A DNA stretch of 43,003 nt, from the IMG/VR virus record IMGVR_UViG_3300027250_000007, positions 1 to 43,003 of that record. One strand, given 5' to 3'. A program made the position numbers and the translations under genes. Numbering within the stretch: the stretch's first letter is position 1; each line of letters begins with the position of its first letter. This DNA is from a virus. Taxonomy: Duplodnaviria; Caudoviricetes. Of the stretch, positions 34,780 to 43,003 are shown piece by piece. The notes under the pieces were generated by a model, which ran no database searches, was not told the origin of the DNA, and was given only the letters and a program-made list of their open reading frames with translations.

Positions 34780-35207
34780 TGGCAAGATTAGGTTTAAACC
34801 CTGAATGGCATAATGTTTATACTGTTAGAAACACCCAGACAGGAAATTTAGGTGATGAATACAATACTTATTTAGAAGCCAGAGAGGTCTCTAATCAGAT
34901 TATTGCCAACCGATACTCGGATAAGATGAAATTCATTAATATTTGGGTGAAAAAGAATAGAAACGGAAATACATTTCAACCTACTAAAATATATGATCTT
35001 TCTGAAGCTGACAATACCGAAACTTTTTTTGTGAATAACGCTTTAACAGGCAGAATGTTTAATTGTGAAAGCAAAGAAGAAGTTGAAGCTTATGCAAAAA
35101 TATTTATGGATCTTGCTATAGAGAATGAAGATTACAATATAGTTTGGAGAATGTATACTACAGAATCATTCAAAGGAATGATTATGTGGGACCCAGTAAC
35201 AGAATGA
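34779..35207 (+). CDS. hypothetical protein
   Basis: TAATG overlap with the adhesin gene. Confidence 0.7.
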   Translation: MARLGLNPEWHNVYTVRNTQTGNLGDEYNTYLEAREVSNQIIANRYSDKMKFINIWVKKNRNGNTFQPTKIYDLSEADNTETFFVNNALTGRMFNCESKEEVEAYAKIFMDLAIENEDYNIVWRMYTTESFKGMIMWDPVTE

Positions 35208-35222
35208 AATTGGAGAATTTAA

Positions 35223-36023
35223 ATGTCTAAAGTAATTCTTAATGGTACCAATGGTATTACAGGCTACGAAGCTGATAACGTAACTGTTTCTCTTTCCCAG
35301 ACTATTTCAGAGCTAAACAGCCTAGATAATACAACGTTTTTATCAAGCTCTGTTTTAAAACTTGATAATTTAAAAGTAGACGCTATACCCGCTCCTCCTC
35401 TTTTAAGATTTGCGGATAATAATTTTGAACTAGTACCTATAGTTTTAGCGTTTGTCGAGCAGGCAAGTTCATCAACTGGTACTTTTGTATTAGCGGCTGC
35501 GCCACAAGCAGGTGATTTATTATTATTTATAGGTGAAACATGGGCGTATAATTATTATGGTGAATCAAATTTACTAAATGGGTTTATTCAAATAGCATAT
35601 GCTTCTCATGTGTGGAGTTCTCCGTTTGCATCTTCTGTCAGAATTGGTTATAAAATTGCAACTGGCACAGAGGGGACTTCTATTACGGTAAGAGGGGCTA
35701 TGCCCTCTCAAGTAGACAGCCTTGCAGTTTATTCCGCAAATGCTTCAACAGTAACATTGCAAGACTCTTATGTAAATAATAGTCCAGTTAATACTTCTTT
35801 TTCTTTACAAAGTAGTCAACTACCTGCTATTGCAATTATTGGAGCTGTTGGTTATGGCGGAAGTAATTCTAATATCACTAATGTCACTAATAACTATTTT
35901 CTTGATGATACAGGTTATCATTCTTATGCAGGTGCAATAACAGAAAGCAGTAGCACTAGTTTTACATCGTCTGCTTCAAGTATTACTGGGTGTACAGCCG
36001 CTGCACTAATTACCGTATCTTAA
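35223..36023 (+). CDS. second adhesin-like protein sharing its N-terminus with 33742..34779
   Basis: MSKVILNGTNGITGYEAD versus MSKVTLNGTNGISGYDSD; different Ser/Thr-rich C-terminal domain. Confidence 0.65.
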   Translation: MSKVILNGTNGITGYEADNVTVSLSQTISELNSLDNTTFLSSSVLKLDNLKVDAIPAPPLLRFADNNFELVPIVLAFVEQASSSTGTFVLAAAPQAGDLLLFIGETWAYNYYGESNLLNGFIQIAYASHVWSSPFASSVRIGYKIATGTEGTSITVRGAMPSQVDSLAVYSANASTVTLQDSYVNNSPVNTSFSLQSSQLPAIAIIGAVGYGGSNSNITNVTNNYFLDDTGYHSYAGAITESSSTSFTSSASSITGCTAAALITVS

Positions 36024-36048
36024 TTACATTTAATAAAAAGGATAATAA

Positions 36049-36732
36049 ATGTCCAAAAGAAAATCTCGCTACGCTCCTAAAACAAATGTTCATCGTATTG
36101 GCTTTCATGTTATCCCTAAAAATGAAAAGCAGGATGCTTTAATTAAAGCAATTAAGATGAACCCTATTACTGTTACTATTGGCTGCGCTGGTACGGGCAA
36201 GACATATTGTAGTACAGGAACTATTGCCCAGTTACATATGCAAGGTAAATACAGAAAAATTGTTATTACTCGTGCAAATGTTCCTACGGGTAAAACACTA
36301 GGTCATTTCCCCGGTAGCATTCAAGAGAAGATGACTCCTTGGCTCTTGCCTATGTTAGAAGTACTAGAAAAAGCGTTTGGTAAAGAAAAATACCAATACA
36401 TGATGAATAAAGGTGAAATTGAAATTCAGCCCATTGAAACTATTCGAGGGCGTTCTTACGAGAATGCGCTTGTACTTGTTGATGAGGCTCAAAACTTGTC
36501 TATCGATGAATTAAAGGCAATTACAACAAGACTTGGAGAAAACTCTAAGTTAGTATTAATGGGCGACCCTGCACAATCTGATGTCAAAGATGGTAAAGAC
36601 TTACTAAAGTTTTGTACTGTAGTGCGTAAAGCAGGTATCCAGCTACCTATTATTGAATTCTCAGTAGATGATATCGTTAGATCAGATATTGTAGCAGATC
36701 TGGTTAGAGTATTTATTAAAGAAAACATCTAA
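36049..36732 (+). CDS. phoH: PhoH-like ATPase
   Basis: GCAGTGKT, LGHFPG, IRGRSY, DEAQN, TTRLGENSK, GDPAQSD, DIVRS. Confidence 0.95.
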   Translation: MSKRKSRYAPKTNVHRIGFHVIPKNEKQDALIKAIKMNPITVTIGCAGTGKTYCSTGTIAQLHMQGKYRKIVITRANVPTGKTLGHFPGSIQEKMTPWLLPMLEVLEKAFGKEKYQYMMNKGEIEIQPIETIRGRSYENALVLVDEAQNLSIDELKAITTRLGENSKLVLMGDPAQSDVKDGKDLLKFCTVVRKAGIQLPIIEFSVDDIVRSDIVADLVRVFIKENI

Positions 36733-36735
36733 TTA

Positions 36736-36758
36736 CAATACCTGACCTTTAAGAAGAA
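36736..36758 (+). promoter_or_regulatory. putative phage RNAP promoter P9
   Basis: CAATACCTGACCTTTAA|GAAGAA, ahead of the tail-tip operon. Confidence 0.78.
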
Positions 36759-36781
36759 GAAAAACAGAGAAGGGGGCTGAA

Positions 36782-37405
36782 ATGGCTACTTACTATTTCG
36801 AGGGGCAACCTATTTTAGCCCCTTTCACTATTGAATCAAAGAGAATTGTTTTAAGTTCTGAAACAGCATCTCAAAAAATTTTTAGAAGAGCTACTGACAG
36901 TCAGCGTTGGGATCTATCTTTTAGGATTGCTACAAATAATCCACAAGATCTATTTATCTCTATGCTAGATAATGATACAAAAAATAGCACGATGATTATG
37001 CCTCAACTTAAATCAGTTGATGACCTAGTTTCCCCTATTACTGTTTATCCTTATACTATTGGAACTCACGATGTAGGAGAATCTTCTATTTCCGTTTGGA
37101 TGAACAATCTTGGCACCTTCAACAACAACACTACAGTTATTGCTAAAGGGACTTTTATTAAGTTTGCTAATCACAGTAAAATTTATACTGTCACTGCTAA
37201 TGTTCAAGAGGGCACTTCAAGAGAAGTTCCTATCTTTCCTCCACTCCAATCTAACGTGGGTAACGCCGTCTTGCTTCACTTGCCTAATACTCCTATTAAA
37301 CCTGTTCTTACCTATGTTAGATCAGTTGAAAACATTTCTGGTATTACTTACACAGACGGTATTATGACTGACGTTGGGACAATTACAATTCAAGAAAGAG
37401 TATAA
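36782..37405 (+). CDS. putative distal-tail/tail-tip protein
   Basis: QRWDLSF, KGTFIKFANHSKIYTV, IFPPL; first gene of the tail-tip block. Confidence 0.55.
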   Translation: MATYYFEGQPILAPFTIESKRIVLSSETASQKIFRRATDSQRWDLSFRIATNNPQDLFISMLDNDTKNSTMIMPQLKSVDDLVSPITVYPYTIGTHDVGESSISVWMNNLGTFNNNTTVIAKGTFIKFANHSKIYTVTANVQEGTSREVPIFPPLQSNVGNAVLLHLPNTPIKPVLTYVRSVENISGITYTDGIMTDVGTITIQERV

Positions 37406-37408
37406 GGT

Positions 37409-37852
37409 ATGGATAAGTTAGAAGCATTACAGAAAGCGTATAAAGAAGTTAATAGGATTAAAATCGGGAGAGGCTATCAGTACGGTAAATCGGATTGTTG
37501 GACGATGTTCACAATGTATGATCGAAATTTATTTCCAGACAATAATCTGTTCGGAAAGATAACTAGCTATAGCACTCATACAGTTTTTCATAGAAAAGTT
37601 AGAGAGTTAGGCTACACAGATGTCAAAGAGATGGTAGAGGCGTACGGCTACAAAGTAATAGACTTTTCGAATGTCTCGCTAGGAGATGTGTGTTTCTTTG
37701 ATTCTAAACTAGTAGACCTTACTGTTGCCATCTATACAGGCAAAGAATGGTTAAATAGTTCCGATGATCCTAGCTATGAGAAGCTTCCTATGAAATATGT
37801 AAAACCAAGAGCAAGAATACTATGCAGGAGAGATACAGATGAGAAAGTTTAA
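37409..37852 (+). CDS. NlpC/P60-like tail assembly protein
   Basis: YQYGKSDCW...GDV...VAIYTG; usual catalytic His not evident. Confidence 0.65.
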   Translation: MDKLEALQKAYKEVNRIKIGRGYQYGKSDCWTMFTMYDRNLFPDNNLFGKITSYSTHTVFHRKVRELGYTDVKEMVEAYGYKVIDFSNVSLGDVCFFDSKLVDLTVAIYTGKEWLNSSDDPSYEKLPMKYVKPRARILCRRDTDEKV

Positions 37853-38402
37853 TAGTTTTGTTTTATCTAAGTTACAAGAAGATCCTGTAAAATTCTTCCC
37901 GTTAATTTTTCTTGACTTTAGAAATGGCCCTGTATATCTCTCAGCTGGCCCGCACGAGATTGATTTTAATGGAAAAACTTACACAAAAGACTTAGGGATA
38001 ATCGATTACGTAGCTCCACTGCAATCAGCACTAGTAGATAGGCAGACTTTTTCAATTAGTTTTGCGGACAACAACGCAATATTCAAGAATAACGTTTCTA
38101 GAACAGAAGCGGGAAGAGCAGCAAAAATATATTTTGGTTTTTATAACTCAGATGGAACTCCTAATACAGATCCTGCTAACGTAATTCTCGCATACTCTGG
38201 TGTTATTGACGATCATAGCTATAATAACGATTTTGATCAAGCAGTCTTTAGCATTACACTCTCTTCTCCTTTTGCAGATCTTGGACTTGTCAAAACTCTA
38301 ATCACAAGTCCAAAAGGTATGGACCAAATCAATACTAGTGATACTGCTTTTGATAAGGTGTTAGAAGATAACGAACAAATTATTAAGTGGGGGAAAGTTT
38401 AA
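37839..38402 (+). CDS. tail-tip/hub protein (DUF2163- or gpL-like)
   Basis: VYLSAGPHEIDFNGKTY...GRAAKIYFGF...YSGVID...D..FD...IKWG. Confidence 0.65.
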   Translation: MRKFNSFVLSKLQEDPVKFFPLIFLDFRNGPVYLSAGPHEIDFNGKTYTKDLGIIDYVAPLQSALVDRQTFSISFADNNAIFKNNVSRTEAGRAAKIYFGFYNSDGTPNTDPANVILAYSGVIDDHSYNNDFDQAVFSITLSSPFADLGLVKTLITSPKGMDQINTSDTAFDKVLEDNEQIIKWGKV

Positions 38403-41400
38403 TGTCAGCTACAGTAATTACAATTGGAACCTTATTTTCGTTTACTACTGGTCAACTTTTATTTACAATAGGTTCTATTGCCTACCAACAATCTCAAGCT
38501 AAAAAGATGAAGTCTCGCATGAGAGCCGCCGAAGAATCTCGCAAGGGGTTTGAATTCACTCGCAAAAGTGAAGCAATGAACCTACCAGTCATTTATGGCT
38601 ACAACAAGGTAGGCGGTCTTGTAACAGATTTAAAGGTTCAGTCTTCTTATACATGGGTTGCTCCCAACGGCTATAGCGCAGCACAGTACTTACCTTCTCC
38701 TACTACCTATGATTATAACTCTAGCACTTACTTTGTTGAGTCCAAGGTTACTGCAGCTGACGTGTCTGATACTGATAACCCAAAAAATATTAGTTCTCAC
38801 ACCGTCAGAGTGATCTGGGCAGGTGTAGAGCTTTATAATAAGACTTACACCAATAGCGTAGCAGGATTGTTTTTATCAACGGAATATAAGAATATTGAAA
38901 ACGAACTTTCTAATATTTCTGCAGGTGGTGACCGTTATTACAGAGGTTCAAGGAAGGATAAGATTGTAAGTGGCCTTACTATCACTTATAAGTACGAAAT
39001 TAGAAAAGTACTTTCTCCTTCTGCTATTGTCTTTGGCTCAGACAGAGGATATCAAGGGTCTAAAAATGAAGTATTGCTTACTCAAAATGCAATCTCTTTT
39101 GGGGGTATCAATGCCCTAGTCGATTTGGATATTGACGAAACCACGGCCTCTAACGATAAATTTAAAGATAGTTTTGTACTTAACTTTTACAAAAATGGTG
39201 GGGTAGCGGACCCAATGGCAACTGCTAATGGGTTTAGTAGCAGCAATCTATTTACTAGCACCGCTTATGCTACCTGCGCTTTCGTACTTAACAGGGATGA
39301 CCCTCAATATTCAGGAAATCTACCTTCACTTAGTTTCTATGTAGAAGGCCAAAGAATTTATGATATTATAGAGAGTAACGGTGTTTATAGCCTGAGTGCG
39401 GAAAAGACCTTCTCTAACAACTTTGCTAGAGTACTATTAGATTATCTTATTAACGGCATCTATGGCAGAGGTCTTTCTATTAACGAAATTGATCTTGAAA
39501 GCTTTTATAGAGCTAAAGTTATTTCAGATACTGTTGTAGATACCAAGCCTTTTGGTGGTAAAGTATATGGCGGGTCTAAACCAACAACGGTCAAACTTTA
39601 CGAATTTAACGATATCATTGACACTGAGCAGGAAGTCAGAGACAACGTAAATAGAATTCTTCAATGTGCTCATCAGGCTTTTCTTGTGTGGTCTGATGGC
39701 AGGTATAAACTTAATGTCGAATATCCTACTGGAAATCCTTCTGTAGCTAACGGTCTTGTCAATACTAATCATGTCTTTACAGACGCAGATATCGTTAGAG
39801 ACTCTGCAAATGTTACTTGGCCAAAGGCAGAAGACAAGTATAATCAGGTGACTGTTCGCTTTTCTAATGCAATTAAGAATTTTAAATCTGATAGCATCAC
39901 TTGGCCAGAGACATTTTCACAAGTCTACAATGTATATTTAGGAGAAGACAATGATCAACCACTTAAAACGGAAGTTTCTATTCCGGGGATCATTGATCCT
40001 TACCATGCTCAATCAAGAGCAGAGGAGCTTGTAAGGACTAGCCGCAACACCCATAGGCTATCTATCAAGCTAACTCGCAAGGCCATTACTTTAGAAACTG
40101 GTGACTTTTTCCTACTTAAATCTGAAGTGATTCCAATCAAGAACTTGGCGAACACCGATGGATACGAAATTTATAGAGTACAAAGTGTAGAGTATGATGG
40201 TGAGTTAAATGTAAAAATTGAAGCTCAATCTTTTAACTATCTTAATCTTGCATGGAATATTGGAGATTTCGTAGCGTATCCTGCTTCCACTTTAGTAAAC
40301 GATGTCATTAAACCTCCTACGAGTGTATTATTTACCAATACTAACAATGGTATTCTTGGAGTTCAATCTGGAAAACTTACTTGGACAAAATCAAGCTCAG
40401 TTGAAGTTGATCAGTATCTTGTAGAAGTTTCTGCGGATAACAATGCGACGTGGACGACGCTTGGGCAGACCTACGCCTACCAGTTTGATATAACGGGTCT
40501 CTCAACTGGTGTATACTCTTTTGCTGTTAGAGCTATAACACCGCTTGGAAGAAAATCTCCACGGGCGATTGCAGAAGATGCTCAAGGTAACTCTAGTATT
40601 ACTATTCAGAGAGGAACCCCTGACAAGGTTGCTGTTATCTATGCTAACTCGGCGGATGAATTAACAAATAATCAGTCTTATAGCATCGGTAGTAATGCTT
40701 ATGTTGCCTACTATGTATATAAAACTGAAGCACTTCCTACATTACCTATTAGAGCTGGAATTTCTTTCGCTCGATTTGTTGGTCTTGCAGGCAGCAATGG
40801 ATACAATACCGCAATTGTAACTATCTATCAAAAGAACACATCTTCTTCTACACCCCCCGCAGACCCTACAGGCACGTTTACATATACATTCTCTTCTGTT
40901 TCTCTAACAGGAGGAACATTAAACGGGTGGACAACCTCTTCTCCAAGCTTAGCTCAAGGCGAATATCTTTGGGTAAAACAGGCTACAGCGTATTCTCAAT
41001 CCAACACGGATTCAATTGCTGCAACAGAATTCAGTTCAGCGGTTGTTTTAGGTGTTGCCGGGAAAGACGGTTTTAATGGGCTTAACAGTGTTCCAATTTT
41101 CTTATACATAAAAAGCACATCAGGAACGACGGCTCCCACATCCTTTACTGGTACAGCAACTTATACTTTCTCCACAAAAACTTTATCAGGTCTCACGTTG
41201 AATAGTTGGACGCAGACAGCACCAAGTTTATCTCAAGGAGAATATCTATGGGTCAGACAAGCAATTGCTTCCTCATCTACGAATACAGATACTATTTCAA
41301 TTGATGAGTGGTCAGCTGCGGCTGTTGTAGGCATAGGTGGCTCAAACGGTGCAAATGGCGCAACTGGCGCAACTGGCGCAAGAGGTCCGGGATTGTGGAG

Positions 41401-41770
41401 ATACGATACCGGAGCCTCAAATCTATCAGAAGTTGACACAACAGCCGAAGTGGACGTATACTGGTACGCAATGCAAAATCCAGACATCCCTCCTGTAAAG
41501 GATGATAGATTTATTATTGCTACAACACACTCTAGTGGTACAAAAGCATTCATTTATAGTGGAACAGGGTGGGTATCTCAGGCTGCATTTATTGACGGTA
41601 ATCTTTTAGTAAATGGGACTGTCACTACTAATGCTATTTATGTAGGGCCATCAGAAGGTCTTAGTAATTTAACTAGTAATGCAGGAACAATCACTGCAGG
41701 TGTGTTAAGAAACAATAATAATACGTTTGTTATTGATTTGACAAATGGTACTATTAAAATCTCAGTATAA
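38402..41770 (+). CDS. tail-tip host-specificity protein (lambda J-like) with Fn3 domain
   Basis: LPVIYG, SNNFARVLLDYL...YGRGL, YNQVTVRF, LETGDF, Fn3-like LTW...YSFAVRA, collagen-like GANGATGATGARG. Confidence 0.85.
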   Translation: MSATVITIGTLFSFTTGQLLFTIGSIAYQQSQAKKMKSRMRAAEESRKGFEFTRKSEAMNLPVIYGYNKVGGLVTDLKVQSSYTWVAPNGYSAAQYLPSPTTYDYNSSTYFVESKVTAADVSDTDNPKNISSHTVRVIWAGVELYNKTYTNSVAGLFLSTEYKNIENELSNISAGGDRYYRGSRKDKIVSGLTITYKYEIRKVLSPSAIVFGSDRGYQGSKNEVLLTQNAISFGGINALVDLDIDETTASNDKFKDSFVLNFYKNGGVADPMATANGFSSSNLFTSTAYATCAFVLNRDDPQYSGNLPSLSFYVEGQRIYDIIESNGVYSLSAEKTFSNNFARVLLDYLINGIYGRGLSINEIDLESFYRAKVISDTVVDTKPFGGKVYGGSKPTTVKLYEFNDIIDTEQEVRDNVNRILQCAHQAFLVWSDGRYKLNVEYPTGNPSVANGLVNTNHVFTDADIVRDSANVTWPKAEDKYNQVTVRFSNAIKNFKSDSITWPETFSQVYNVYLGEDNDQPLKTEVSIPGIIDPYHAQSRAEELVRTSRNTHRLSIKLTRKAITLETGDFFLLKSEVIPIKNLANTDGYEIYRVQSVEYDGELNVKIEAQSFNYLNLAWNIGDFVAYPASTLVNDVIKPPTSVLFTNTNNGILGVQSGKLTWTKSSSVEVDQYLVEVSADNNATWTTLGQTYAYQFDITGLSTGVYSFAVRAITPLGRKSPRAIAEDAQGNSSITIQRGTPDKVAVIYANSADELTNNQSYSIGSNAYVAYYVYKTEALPTLPIRAGISFARFVGLAGSNGYNTAIVTIYQKNTSSSTPPADPTGTFTYTFSSVSLTGGTLNGWTTSSPSLAQGEYLWVKQATAYSQSNTDSIAATEFSSAVVLGVAGKDGFNGLNSVPIFLYIKSTSGTTAPTSFTGTATYTFSTKTLSGLTLNSWTQTAPSLSQGEYLWVRQAIASSSTNTDTISIDEWSAAAVVGIGGSNGANGATGATGARGPGLWRYDTGASNLSEVDTTAEVDVYWYAMQNPDIPPVKDDRFIIATTHSSGTKAFIYSGTGWVSQAAFIDGNLLVNGTVTTNAIYVGPSEGLSNLTSNAGTITAGVLRNNNNTFVIDLTNGTIKISV

Positions 41771-41783
41771 GAAAGATATAAAC

Positions 41784-42311
41784 ATGTATGAGCTATTTGT
41801 AGAAAATATTGGTCAACGATTTAATGTTGTTAACGGTGAATTTGTTAAACAAGACGATGGGCCTCTTATAGTATCATTGTCTCCTATTCAAAACAGTATT
41901 TATATAAATAAGTTCCAAGAAATGTGGGTGGTTCGATCAGATCAAATGATTGGAACCGCTTACAATTTCGGTAGAAATGACTGTGCAATTTTATGTGCAA
42001 GATATCTTGATAAGCATGTTGGCTCGAATATTGAAGAAAAATTGTTAGCATTAACCTTTAGAGAATGGGCTAATTACGCTAGAATAGGTGTAGAGAATAT
42101 TATTAAAGATGTTGGGGGGTATGAGGTAGATATCTCTGAGTTACAACCTAATGATGTTGTATCTTACCTAATCCCTGATTCAGACGTGACTTCTCACCTA
42201 GCAGTTTATTTGGGTAATGAAAAAATTCTTCATCATGTTCCAAAGAAATACTCAAGCATTGATGATTTTGATGAAACACGAGTAACAAAGGTGTTTAGAT
42301 ATGGCAACTAG
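41784..42311 (+). CDS. NlpC/P60 family protein (lambda gpK-like)
   Basis: YNFGRNDC...LQPNDV...SHLAVYLGNEKILHH. Confidence 0.85.
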   Translation: MYELFVENIGQRFNVVNGEFVKQDDGPLIVSLSPIQNSIYINKFQEMWVVRSDQMIGTAYNFGRNDCAILCARYLDKHVGSNIEEKLLALTFREWANYARIGVENIIKDVGGYEVDISELQPNDVVSYLIPDSDVTSHLAVYLGNEKILHHVPKKYSSIDDFDETRVTKVFRYGN

Positions 42312-42822
42312 TACTTTTTATGCAAATGTGAATACTGGGGCTATTATGATATCTAACCCTGCGTCGGATAATACTTTAGCAATAATGCTGGCGTCTCCTA
42401 GCAATTATCTAGATCAAATTAGATTTCACTCTAATATGAACTTTTTAACAGTCAAAGGCTCTTTGTTTAAAGACTCTTCTTCTTTTGCAGGGTTTTCTAG
42501 GGATTCATATTCAGTAAGTAGCGGTGGCGATTGTTTTAATAGTGGAACTACCTATACAACACTAGGCCCAACAACTAAAGTTCAAAAGGTATCTTTTGGA
42601 ACCTCGCCTGTTTCTAACCCGACCTTTTGTTTACTAGAGTATAACGGAACAGTTTATGCTGACTTTTATGATGGTCTCTCAACAGCAGATGTTACTCGTA
42701 GGGTTTTTGCTGCCTATAATTCATCATCAAATACGTTAGAATTAGTTGCAATTACAACAGCAGCAGGGGATAGCGCAACAACACAAACACTTACTAACGT
42801 TTATATTCATGCGGTGGCTTAA
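42301..42822 (+). CDS. putative tail-tip associated protein
   Basis: P.NYLDQIRFHSN; follows the J-like and NlpC genes. Confidence 0.6.
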   Translation: MATSTFYANVNTGAIMISNPASDNTLAIMLASPSNYLDQIRFHSNMNFLTVKGSLFKDSSSFAGFSRDSYSVSSGGDCFNSGTTYTTLGPTTKVQKVSFGTSPVSNPTFCLLEYNGTVYADFYDGLSTADVTRRVFAAYNSSSNTLELVAITTAAGDSATTQTLTNVYIHAVA

Positions 42823-43003
42823 ATGGTAAATAAGGTCTATATAGATAACACAAAAATTGAAACAAGAGACAACTCAAATAATATAAAGTTTAGTACAGAC
42901 TACAAGTATTTGAAAACTAACAGTGCAAGTAATACCTTGGTGTCAGGGTTCGCAACATCAACGCTCCCACATGGCAATAGTACCGACGATGATATTAGTG
43001 TTG
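42823..43003 (+). CDS. hypothetical protein, 3'-truncated by the window edge
   Basis: MVNKVYIDNTKIETRDNSNNIKFSTDYKYLK..., open to the end of the window. Confidence 0.65.
   Translation, partial: MVNKVYIDNTKIETRDNSNNIKFSTDYKYLKTNSASNTLVSGFATSTLPHGNSTDDDISV

Noticed and set aside
27587-36023. Diversity-generating retroelement or invertase shufflon acting on the fibre genes
   Set aside because: No reverse transcriptase or recombinase in the window, no TR/VR pair differing only at adenines, and no inverted cassettes.
2157-36758. CTGACCTTAAAGAA repeats as a CRISPR array or mobile-element ends
   Set aside because: Copies are kilobases apart, single, co-oriented and mostly at gene starts; no regular spacers and no cas or transposase genes.
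616-41553. Minus-strand and nested alternative-frame ORFs in the track (e.g. 21278..21778, 31837..32229, 29456..29752, 34283..34582)
   Set aside because: They shadow well-supported + strand genes, show no recognisable motifs, and no matching - strand promoter was found.

Overview
This 43-kb window is part of a tailed dsDNA phage genome; every credible gene is on the + strand, and no integrase or repressor cassette is visible. Left part (1-23.4 kb): a T7-like transcription/replication set. It has a compact 720-aa single-subunit RNA polymerase, SSB, family A DNA polymerase, 5'-3' exonuclease, gp4-like primase-helicase, class II (B12) ribonucleotide reductase, glutaredoxin, nucleotide-metabolism genes, SpeD-like and DUF1127 genes, tRNA-Arg(UCU) and many small ORFs. 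Right part (24-43 kb): terminase, several fibre/adhesin genes, PhoH and a siphovirus-type tail-tip module. I recognise no portal, capsid, tail tube or tape measure gene in the window. The strongest sequence-level signal is a dispersed motif, nnwTA(C/G)CTGACCTT(A/T)AA|GAA, found 9 times, all on +, with SP6-like geometry; it very probably defines the promoter of the encoded RNAP. Two copies point into structured non-coding DNA: 2174-2250 (hairpins, G6TG6, A7/T14) and 23709-23960 (nested inverted repeats just upstream of terS). Other oddities: a 31-bp stem whose only imperfections are G-U pairs, two copies of a small H-type pseudoknot, a NusG-KOW-like gene overlapping the RNAP gene, Gln at the PolA steric-gate position, and a decayed methyltransferase. 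An alphaproteobacterial host is only an inference (DUF1127, NrdJ, SleB-type hydrolase). All protein calls come from motifs recognised by eye; no searches were run.
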